Origin: Lobosporangium transversale
Lineage: Eukaryota
Assembly: GCF_002105155.1 (NCBI RefSeq)
Contig: NW_019028999.1
Coordinates: 620,001 to 681,236 of the forward strand
Length of the DNA stretch: 61,236 nt
Direction: 5' to 3'
The position numbers were made by a program, and so were the translations under genes. A model generated the notes under the pieces. It did not search any database. It was not told where the DNA came from and saw only the letters and a list, made by a program, of their open reading frames with translations. Position 1 is the stretch's first letter; each line of letters begins with the position of its first letter. Of the stretch, positions 1-10,772 are shown one piece after another.

Positions 1-2
1 GG

Positions 3-164
3 TCTGATGGCTCAGATTCCGGATGTGGCAGTGGTGGCGAAGAGGAAGAGAAGTATCGCGAGGATATGATGTCTCCAACGACTTCATCCTTCAAGCAAAA
101 AGCAGGTCTTTTCACAAAGAAGACTGATGCTGAGAAGGCGTGGGAGCTGTGCCAAGGATTGTAG
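3..164 (+). CDS. 3' end of a gene entering from outside the window (unknown product)
   Basis: Open frame SDGSDSGCGSGGEEEEKYREDMMSPTTSSFKQKAGLFTKKTDAEKAWELCQGL* ending TAG at 162-164, followed by AT-rich UTR-like sequence; convergent with VIP1. Confidence 0.55.
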   Translation, partial: SDGSDSGCGSGGEEEEKYREDMMSPTTSSFKQKAGLFTKKTDAEKAWELCQGL

Positions 165-338
165 CCAAAATAGCAAGTACATTCATACACCTCATATATA
201 TATATCTATTATTTATTTCCTCCATTAAATGATTTTATTAACAAAACCCGGAATGTATTTATACATCGTGTTAAGAGTGGAGAAAACGTTGATCAGAATT
301 GATTAAGCATAGGCTTGAGTCAAATGATGTAAAATCAT

Positions 339-3147
339 TCATTTAGACGTAGATATGGTATTGTCATCATTCTCTTCCTGTGCTGCAATAGCGCTAGCGC
401 CAGTACCCCCATCGCCGCTGCTACCAGTGATACCATTGCTGCTGCTATTGTGAGCCCCATTTGGGAAATGCGTTTCCACGCCATTGAAGCCTACAGGCGA
501 TCCAAAGACCATCAATGGCGCTTCGTCATGGATGAGTGCATCTTCTTCTCCTTCATTAGCTACTACTAATTTGTGTCCCAGCATGCGACTTTCTCGGATC
601 TTGCGGTTGACACTCTTGTACTTTGGATTACCGACCTGGGTCTTATAGTACCGCAGAGCAGCCTCTAGAGGCAGGTGGTCAGTGAGATTGCGGCGTGGCA
701 TCACTGAAAGGCAATGCTTTGAATCCATTTGCAAATCTAGGATATTGGAGTTTCCAGCACCCGGCGAAAATCCAATCCTGAGTGAATACTCTCGAGGCTG
801 AGGTGACTGTAGAGCAGCTCCACTGTTGAGTGGAGGGGACGTTGCAGCTAAGAGCGGTGAATCCAACGGCGTGTTTGAGCCGCTGCGCTCGTATAGTTCG
901 AATGTGATCTGTGTCAAGTCTTTGGTAATAATAAAAAAAAAAAAAATTAGATGGATAATATATACATGGGCTTTTGCTTTTTTTTTTTTTTTTTTAATGA
1001 CTATGAACTTACAGTCAAGCTCAGGAAGTTCATTTTTACTGAGACGTGTGGGGATGCCTGACAGATATACGATATTGAGCAGTGTATGGACATGTGATTC
1101 TATGGGATTGGCGTTAGCAATCAACTTTTCTACAAAGCTTCCTAACTTTTCCTTTCTTTCTTTCTTTACCTTTAGTAAAGTAGAGCCGTGTGCATGGAGT
1201 GGTTGATCGTTTCGCTGCCTCCAAGTCTTCAACAATCTGTTTGATCAGTGGCAGGCTGGTCAATAACCCGATTTCCAATCGATCAGCCTCACTGATTCCG
1301 TACTCCAAAGGAGATACAAAATCAAACAAGATTTTTGCTTTAGTATACAGATCTTTGATAGGACCTAAACCCTCAGTATCGCCAATATTGTCACCATCAA
1401 ATGAATCCGTATCCTTGAAAATGCTCTCCAAAAAGACTCTGTTATGAAGAGCATCATATTTTAAAGAGTCATACAGCTCCGAGACCTTGGACGGATCAAA
1501 ATCAGCTCTTTCTCCATCTACAAATTCCTCAAAGATCTTCTCCCAGCGCTCCAAGAAGAGGGAGGGGCTTTCGTAACAACACCAAGTCTTTTGTATAGAG
1601 GCCACATCCATAGTTTCAAAATTTTTGCGCATAATCTTGCGTAGTTTCCGCATCGCAACAATCATGTCCTGAACAAGTCGTCCTGGGTCGATCTGCTGAT
1701 CTTTTGGCCAGTATTTCTGAATATCTTCCGCATTTTCCGGTAGAAGGAGATCATGAAGTTGCTTTTTAACAAGATCAGTCTTTTCTTTTGCTGCATTGCT
1801 ATCATCGAGCATCTCTTTGCGAATCAAAAGCATGTCCTTTGGAACCTCACGAATGTCGAGGAATCGTTGTGTGAACAGTTCGGCAGTTGCACGAACACGA
1901 CGCTCCGAAGACGTAAAGATCTTGACATCATCCAGAACATGCTTATTCATAATGAGAAGGTCCTTGCGGAGGTTATCACCAAGGTCTCTAGACTGGTATT
2001 TGGCAGCATGAGTGAACTAAATGTTTGTTCGTTTGTTTGTTTTTTTTTTTTTTTTTTTTTTTTGGAAAAAAAAAAAAAAAAAAAATTAGTACGGGGATAA
2101 GATACCTTTTTATAATCCAGTTGAAACAGCTTTGATGGGCTCTTACCTCTCCACCCCACTTGACAATTATCTTTAACTTTACTGACTTCGAGTTGCCTTC
2201 ACTATCCTTTGTAATAGTAGGCTTGACCTGGACTTTGGTACCTGGAAGGTTAGATTTTTTATCCAAGATGTTCTTCAACAGCATCAACTTGTTAGTGTCC
2301 TCCAACCCTTCCTTCATCGCTTGTTCTGCAGCAGCTGAGACCAGTTTGAGGTCTCTAGCCTGTCGGATGATCACTTCCTCGCCTCCTCCATTTAATAGCT
2401 CTCGGAAGGGTGCAGAACTAAATGAGAATTTCATCTTCTGTTTGGGGGTTCTGTCCGCGTGTCTGAACACGGAAACAAACGCCTTCAAACGCCACGCATT
2501 CTCTACACTCAACTCCTTTGGCAAGACCACTTCGGACAATTTGCGTTGTCGAGCATTCCTTAGGAAGGTCTCCTGCAAGATGGCTGCACAGTTGTTATAG
2601 TAATAGTTGTTGCCTTTGACAAAAGACCAGCCGTTGACATCGATGACATATGACTTCCCGCCAACACGAAGCAAGTCAAATCCACAAACACGTTGACCGA
2701 AGACCTTGCAAATATTTACAGCCATCTTTTTCTCCTCTGGAGTCAATTGAGTAACATAGCGGATCTCTTTGCCATCCGTGTTCCTGCGCACTAGTCCGTC
2801 CACAACAGGAGATCTAGAAAGGTGAAAAGGAGGAGATTAATTTGGATCGGATCTACTTGAACACAAAAATACAAGAATAAATGGGGTTATTCCACGCTTT
2901 TTTATTGCTGCATACTTTCTTGTTTCTGCGTGTACGAACTGGTCACCAACGGTGTATACTTTGACATCTTCAGCGTTATCAACATCCATGAATTCTTCGT
3001 AAATGTACGACCCCTCCGTCCTAGGCATATTTAAATCTGGTTCGTATTCGCTAGCCTTGTTGCCAACCTGAAATTGACAGCACATGCATAAATCAGTCAG
3101 TAAATAGAGACAATGTTAAACATTTGCCTTCATTTTTTTTATTTTTA

Positions 3148-3185
<38 letters not shown>

Positions 3186-3642
3186 CTCTTGTTACCTTGC
3201 GAAAGAGTCGTCTTGCTCCTCCTCCGGTAGAAGAATGGTAGTATATGTGGATGTTATGATCCTCGCCAGACACGGGTTTTTCTACAAATGGTTTTGTAAT
3301 GATTTGATCTCCAATTTGGATCGTGTCCTGGTCGATCATGTTGAATTCTGGGATAGGCCTTCTTTCGAGCAGATTCACGCCTCTCAGCTTCAGCTTTTGA
3401 CGAACACGGTCCTCAAGCATGGGCCCACCATCCCGACTCATGGTCAAACGCTTAGGCGTGGGCACACCAATCTGCTCAAGAACCTCAAGAACGAGTCGAC
3501 GATCCCATAGTAAGGTCTGCAAGTCGACCTCATTTACACAAAAGGGTGTCCTCAATTTGACATATTCGATCGCCTTGTGAAGAGGAAAGCCCTTGGAGAA
3601 GAATGAAATGAAAAAATCGCAAGCTGGCCATGATCGGACGTC

Positions 3643-3691
<49 letters not shown>

Positions 3692-4292
3692 ACAAGATAA
3701 GTTGATATGTATACAAGAACTGTGGTTCTGTACTTGTTGCAGTAGATCAAAGTGCGAAGTTTGTCAAATGAGGGATTGTTGAATCTTTTGTTGATAAAGT
3801 AATGTTTTTATTATCATTATCATTATTATTATTATTCATGAATGTTACCTTCATCAAGGATGCATTTGTCACCAAAGATGATGGCTTCAAAAGGTCCGTT
3901 ATTCAGTAGACGGTCTAAGATGTTACGCATGGGCTTGGATCGAGCCTTATCATCCATCGCACACACTCCGATGATGTCTAAAAGTGACCGGTGATCAGTG
4001 TGATCAGATTTATCATTGTTGTTATTGAAAAGATCCATAGAAAATAAATACAAAAAAAAGACATGCCTCTCATGGTTACAAGTTATTGATTAATGGATAT
4101 CCTTTTTTTTTTTTTCTTCCTCAGTGTAGAAGAAATGTTTGTTTTTTTCTCTCTTTACGTCAAAGCAAAAGAGGACTGATGTTTGAATAGAAATGTTTTC
4201 ATGAATGAACAATGGTGAATGAATGAATGCGCGCGAATGAACAAAATTCCTCTTCTCTCTTCCCCCTCACTCACACTCATTCATACACTTAT

Positions 4293-4379
<87 letters not shown>

Positions 4380-4699
4380 TTTTTTTTTTCTTTCTTGATG
4401 CTGTTGTTGTTTAGTTGATGATGCCTACATTTCTTGCGTGAATGTGGTGGGAACAGGCCAGTGGAAACAGTACTGCTGTCTTTATTGTCATCAATACTAA
4501 TGCTGTCGCTATTGTTGCTGTAGATGCCATTGGTTGCAGTGTATGTGTTAATTGATTTGGGTAATAAGAATCTGTTGACGATGGGTTCTTGCTCCTGGCT
4601 TCTCTCCTGGATACCCTGTTGTTGCTGCTGTTGGTTATTTTCATCCATGGTTCCGATGTCTGTTTCTATCTTAGTGTCCAATATATTCCTTGGTGACAT
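339..4699 (-). CDS. VIP1: Inositol hexakisphosphate / diphosphoinositol-pentakisphosphate kinase (Vip1/Asp1/PPIP5K)
   Basis: Exons 4699-4429, 3977-3849, 3641-3196, 3067-2916, 2813-2147, 2016-1170, 1099-1013, 919-339 join in frame. Motifs [50 protein letters not shown] (ATP-grasp kinase) and [38 protein letters not shown] (histidine acid phosphatase-like domain). Confidence 0.96.
4296..4371. repeat. (CT)n microsatellite, about 38 units, in VIP1 intron 1
   Basis: Perfect dinucleotide run followed by poly(T). Confidence 0.95.
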
Positions 4700-5525
4700 G
4701 TCAAGAAATAATGAATGTGAAGAATATGAAGAACAAAAGGAGAGAGAATTAAAAACAGAAATGCGATGGTGTAATGACGCATAAATATAGAGGAAGGAGA
4801 CGGACTATCTGACGGGAATACGTACATTCAGAGGGACTAGACAAAACCGGTCGGTGCCCTTCTGACTAGCTCAAAAGTGATTGGCATTTTTGTTTCCAGT
4901 TGTTTCTCTTTCAAGTCCTTGGTTGTTTAACGTTGAAATGGAACTCGTGCCTGGACCATCCTCCGGATGGGGAGCGATGAATCCGTTATAAGGGCACTCC
5001 ATTGTCTAGGTTATGCAGATGACAACACTATGCATAATGTCTAACACAGACATTCTTTGACGCCCATGCTTTGAGTGCTGATAAACACACGTCTTTTGCA
5101 TGCAATAAAAGCGTATTCGAAGCCACTACTTCTCATTCTACCTTGGCTTCACGCGAAGCCTTTGGTTCGTCTGTGTATAATGAACGTGTGCATATTTCTT
5201 ACAATTCTTTCCTCTTGATCTGTACATCAAAGTCATCATTACAATGACAAAACAATGGGTCCTTCCTTTTTGCAAATATGTACTGCGCCAAAAATGATTT
5301 TTGGTAACACAAAATTAAACAGTGCATCAGCTTCTAAAAAAAATTTTCCTCAGCGATTCGAGTGACTCTTTTTAGTATTCATAATTTGCAAAAAAAAAAA
5401 AAAAAAAGTCCAAGGGGTCCATACACCCTTTACTGGAGAAGAAGAGAGCTTTTCATCTTTCTGTTCCTCCTTTCTTTCTCTCCTTTTATATACATATATA
5501 TAAGTGCAGTATATTCAAGGAGATT

Positions 5526-6368
5526 ATGGGTGCATCATTCAAATTGGACTCAGCAACGCCTGCTGACATTGACGCAATAGCACAAATCTCTGGCGACGCA
5601 TTTCTCAATGATACTCACACTCTTCTAAAGGCCGTATGGCAAGGCGAGAACAACCATCGCGATGGCACTAAACAAGATCTAGTGGGGCTCTTTGGTAAGC
5701 CAAATGTCGACATCATTGTAGCTCGGCAACATGGTGTTGATCATAATGATGATAGAGGAGAGATCCTTGGATTCGTTATCTGGGCAACATGGGGATATCC
5801 CGAGAAGAATCAAATACCCATGAAACACAACAACAACAATAGCAACCAAGGATCCTCATTTGCACCTTCATCTACAACAGCAGGCACAACAACATCAAGA
5901 GAGCTTCCTCTGCCTCCACCTCCACCTCCACCTCCATCTCCTGTTCTTCCTCTATCACCATCTTCACCACTCACAATCGGTGAGTTAAGGCAAACCACCA
6001 ACAATGCCATGGTCCACTACTCGAAATATATAATGGTCCCTGGTATTAAATGTCGCTATATCTATGGCATCAGTGTTGCGCCTGCTTATCAAGGCCAAGG
6101 AATTGGATCTGCTCTCTTGAAATGGGGCACAGATAAGGCAGATGAGGAAGGTGTGTCCTGCTGGGTGAGTTCATCTATGAGTGGGTGGCCTGCCTTCGCA
6201 AAGGCTGGCTTTGTCGAGGTCGGACGGCTTGAGCTAAACCTTGATGATTATGCACAAGGGATCAAAAGGAAGATCAGGAGTGGTGAGGATAGCGTTGTAA
6301 AGAGAGAGGAGGATTGGGGAACATATATTTGGAGATGGATGAGAAGGGATCCGACAGATACGCAATAA
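5526..6368 (+). CDS. GNAT-family N-acetyltransferase (intronless)
   Basis: 280-aa ORF with N-terminal ATPADIDAI, acetyl-CoA motif A (ISVAPAYQGQGIGSALL) and motif B (SSMSGWPAFAKAGF); internal Asn/Pro low-complexity insert. Confidence 0.88.
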   Translation: MGASFKLDSATPADIDAIAQISGDAFLNDTHTLLKAVWQGENNHRDGTKQDLVGLFGKPNVDIIVARQHGVDHNDDRGEILGFVIWATWGYPEKNQIPMKHNNNNSNQGSSFAPSSTTAGTTTSRELPLPPPPPPPPSPVLPLSPSSPLTIGELRQTTNNAMVHYSKYIMVPGIKCRYIYGISVAPAYQGQGIGSALLKWGTDKADEEGVSCWVSSSMSGWPAFAKAGFVEVGRLELNLDDYAQGIKRKIRSGEDSVVKREEDWGTYIWRWMRRDPTDTQ

Positions 6369-6673
6369 CATATGAGATTGTATCTGCGTAAATCAATGTG
6401 TTCCTCGTGCCTTTAGACTAAGCGCTTCAAAGTAGAAAAGAATGAAGAAAAAAAAAACGTCTTCAAGTTCAGGCTTTTATAACTATGATGAACATGGACC
6501 AAAAAAAATGTGTCATTACTTTAATTTCATGTTCCTGAGAAAGCACGTATTTTGGCACTGCGCAGTTTCGGCAGCAATGCGTCTGTAATTTCAACATGTC
6601 TTTTCATGTCTCTTTTTTTCTCACGCCTCTCTTTTCTTTTCCTTTCCTTTCCTTTCAAACTGAGCTCCCCAGC

Positions 6674-7129
6674 ATGTCTGCCTCAATTTCTAATAATACT
6701 CTCGCCTCAGCGAGCGTCCCAATCCTTCGCTTCGCACGCCCAACCAGATGTCTTTCCAAGCTGCTTCATTTTTATCAGACAGCACTGGGTTTAGCTGTAA
6801 TCGCGTCTTTTGATAATCACCGCGGGTTCGATGGCCGCATCCTTGCTCTGCCCTCCAACAACCCTGGTACTCCTGCGCCTTGGCACTTAGAATTTACTTT
6901 ACAACACGATCATGCTGAACATGAATCTGTTCGCGCACCCACTCAAGATAATCTTCTGGTTTTGTATCTTGGAGATAAAAACGAAGTTGAGGCCAAAAAA
7001 GCACGTATGGAGGAGCATGGATATCACACAGTCAACTCCGTAAATCCTTATTGGGACGACTACGGGGTCACTTTTGAAGATCCGGAAGGATGGAGAGTTG
7101 TACTCTGTTGGCAAACATGGACAAATTAA
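6674..7129 (+). CDS. VOC/glyoxalase-superfamily protein, YycE-like (intronless)
   Basis: LRFARPT..L..FY..ALGL..IASF.NH.GFDG, WHLEFT, PTQDNLLVLYL, NPYW...GVTFEDPEGWRVVL match the recalled YycE-type VOC pattern. ATG 6674 preferred because the upstream in-frame stretch from 6596 is a pyrimidine-rich leader. Confidence 0.85.
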   Translation: MSASISNNTLASASVPILRFARPTRCLSKLLHFYQTALGLAVIASFDNHRGFDGRILALPSNNPGTPAPWHLEFTLQHDHAEHESVRAPTQDNLLVLYLGDKNEVEAKKARMEEHGYHTVNSVNPYWDDYGVTFEDPEGWRVVLCWQTWTN

Positions 7130-7252
7130 ACCAATCGATGCTTTGCTTTTGTTCATTTTTTGAGTAAATTTTCACAAAAACAATAAAAACCATCTTTTTT
7201 TCCTGTATACAATATGGGCAAGGCAATGTTTCTTTAATGCATGTTTTACTTG

Positions 7253-10200
7253 CTACTTAGGCTTGTTCCTTACACTGTTATTGCCAACCTTGCTATTGGT
7301 CGCCCACTGATCAGATAGACTCGAAAGACTGGTGTTTGAGCTTTTCCTAATTCGAGATCGCAACTGGCGTCCCTGCTCATTGAACCCGAAGGCACCGTCA
7401 CCATTATTTGTTGAGCCTTGATTACGGTGGTTTTGATTGATGGTTTGACCATGGGGCAGATGGTGCTGATAATAGTGAGACCCATGGCTCTGACCATGAT
7501 TATTATAGCCACCACTGTGGCCCTGTTTGGAGATTTGAATCGATAACTGTCCTGACCCTTGCCCTTGAGCCTTAGTGCCTGATGCTGAGATTTGTCTCGT
7601 GCGAGGCAGAGTATGATGTTGTCCTTGGTGTGATAAATCTGGTCCAGATGTTCCCATTGAGTCAACTGTGCCATGGCCGTGAGGTCGACGACGATCAGCA
7701 TTCCTTGTTTGCCAATTTTCGTTACCATTCCTTCCTTTCCCATGCTCCGAACTGTTCCAAGCCCCTGTCCCATGATCTACTGACCAGCCACGAGTCCTAT
7801 CCTGAGGGTTTGAAAACTTACGCCCACGTCCTAGCCCAATTGTATTCGATTTAGACTTATCGCTGTGTATGCTTGAAGAAGCTTGAGCACGATCTGTGCT
7901 TGGATGCTCTCCATGAGTCCCTGTGCGCAAGTTCATGGATGAAAACGAAGACGAGAGTGACTTGGGAGATGATGGTACTGGGGGCGACAGATGAGATGCA
8001 TACATGTCATTGTCTTTTGGGCGCGAGAGTGGGTGTATAGGCATAGGCAGCGTTTGCTTAAAGCCTGATCCGTCTCCGAGGCGGGGCGTTAGTCCTGCTG
8101 GAGGATCATCCGAGTAAAAACGGGCATCCTGTGGTTTATAAAGGCGGCTTGTAGCGGCTGTAGCTGCAGCTGTACCAGTATTGGGCTTGAAAGACGCTTT
8201 GGCATAATGTGTATGAATTGGAGCAGGGTCTTCGTGCAGAGATCCCATTGGGAAGGGCAGGTTCTCGTCCGGCTCAGTCTCGGGCTCGTCTTCATACCCC
8301 TCCCCATGCCCCCAGCGCGCGTTGGGGTCATTTTCCCCCCATGAACATTTCCTTGGTCTATTTGGGATTTGATTATGATTAAATTCGTCACCCCATAAAG
8401 GTATACCCACGTCTGTGTCATCCTGTGGAGGTACGCCCCATTCAATTCTATCCCTCATCTCTTGGAATTCCTTGGCATCAGCTCCAAGCCGTTCGTCTTT
8501 AGGCGCCATATCTGGCGGTGTTGTTGTCCAGAGCGAAGCGGGACAATAACGCTGCTTCGGATTCTTGTTTCCTTTGTTGGATGGAGGGCTGTATTGGGGC
8601 TTATTTCTCCAGTCCTTCAATGGATTGTCTGGCTTACACCGTTCCTTCGATTTATATGGATCATTTCCACCACGATGAATCGGAAGGCCTCCCATTCCGG
8701 TATAAGTTTGTTCTTGCGATCTTGATAGGGAAGGAGGTGGCTCCCTATAACATCGAACAATCTGCGCTTCAGCACCTCGTCCGGCAGACGAGCATAAAAT
8801 TGTTCGGAGATACTCATAATCGGGCTCTTCATCAAATCGAAGACTACGAGAGTACCCAATGAACGTCATGAACCCCTTCGGTAAACCATCGCATAGCTCA
8901 TCCAATTCAATATCCTCCTTGATCTCCCGCATTTTAGCCCAGCCTTGCCTTGAGTTCCTGGCAGAAATACCGGACCAAGGCAATGTTCCGATCAAGAATT
9001 CAAGGAGCATGTAGCCTACTGATTCAATGTCATCTCGGCGTGTATGCTCTACAGTTTATCAGCAACAAATTAACGAATTTAGACTCGATGAGGTCTGAAA
9101 TGCTATAGTAGTTTTCCTTGGGAAAGTTCACCTAGATTTACCTCGTCCACAGTGGATATTGATGCTGGCGTATCGGGCTGTTCCGACTTTATGCTTTGTG
9201 CTTCCTCTATTGGGAATGTGCTTTCCTGTTCCACATGCATCTCTGTAGTATGTTGCCAATCCAAAATCAACAATCGACAGGGCTGGTTTACCATAAATCG
9301 CCCTAATTGGGGATTCGGGCGATGTGGACAGGTCAGATCCATTGCAGTCAGAATCACTACCCAAACTCTTTTGACGTTGGCGACGCGTATCGTTAAAATA
9401 GTTCAGGACAAAGTTTGAGTATGCTGACAGCTTATTTTCATGACTACCATGACTGCCGTTCTTTAGACAAGTTGGAGATATCGGTGAGGCAGGAGCATCA
9501 GGCAGGACGATATCGGTGTCCAAAAGAAAATTCTCAGGCTTGATGTCACGATATACGATCCCTTTTTTGTGAATAGATTCAAGTTGGGTGATCTAGATGT
9601 TGGGATTTACCGTAAAAAAAAAAAAATAATAATAAAAAATAAAACTTACGCCTCATTAGACATCTGCGTAAGAGACTTTGACGATAATGTCCTCATCCTA
9701 TATTGTTGCGATTGCTATTCAAGTTATGATACAGAGTAATGGCTATACTTGCCATTTGGACGCCTAATTCGATAACAAAGCTAAGAGGTAGTTTTTCATT
9801 TTCACGGCGAACTTCCTTTAGGTTGGGTCCCAGAAGGTCAATGACCATTGCATTGTACATGCCTTCCTTGCCAAACCAGTGCACTTTAGGAATGCCAACT
9901 AGATGTTTGTAGAGTATATATATATATTTTAAGTAAACACAATATATAATAATGCACTTAGTACCGGACAAGACAAAGGGCTCATTTCGACAACAAATAA
10001 AAAAAAAAAAAAAAAAAAAAAGGCGTGATTCTCCCTGTATCCAATTCGCTGGTCGCAAGTTGTGTGGGGTAAACTAAATAAAGCTACTCAAGCGCATACC
10101 TCCACCAGCAAGTTGCTCGTACATCCTGAATTCATGTTCGAGCTGGGGGTGCGCGACATTGATGGGCTCTCTCTTGATGGCATAGTCCACGCCAGTGGCA

Positions 10201-10772
10201 ATATGAGTCGCTAAAAAAAGTATATTGATGGAATAAGCGAAAGGATCCATGCATTTATGCATGAAAGGAAATATGTTAATAAGCCTTCCTTATCGTGGAC
10301 ACTATCTCATTTATCTCTTTCATTTCAGTCGTTATTCTAAAGTGCATTTGCATGTCTTCTGACAGACAACGGCTCTATGCTCATGGCATTGAATTAATAA
10401 CAATTGCATAGACCAGAACAATGGAAATACAACAGAGCACACACATAAACTATATCCGAAAGGTTTTACTTCAGATCGGTATGTTTTGGGATTCTGTGCA
10501 GGGAATCGTATCCCGTGGATGGTCATGTCACCCCAAATTAAAGTTGAGAAATTAACATGCAATATGCATTCGCGTTGAGTTTGGAAAAAATAAATAAAAA
10601 AAAAAAAACGCTTGTGAAAATGAGGGGATGTGAAAAGAAAGGAAAGACAAATAATGGGCCTAGTAAGGATATAGACTAGACACATACCTCGAAAGACCTC
10701 ACCAAAGGAGCCTTCGCCAATCTTGCCCAGAACCAAGTACTCTCCTCCAATAACAGTTTTGGACGAGCCCAT
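7253..10772 (-). CDS. Casein kinase I family Ser/Thr kinase with kinase insert and long disordered C-terminal tail
   Basis: Exons 10772-10688, 10210-10100, 9898-9753, 9592-9142, 9048-7253. Motifs [57 protein letters not shown]. Confidence 0.92.
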
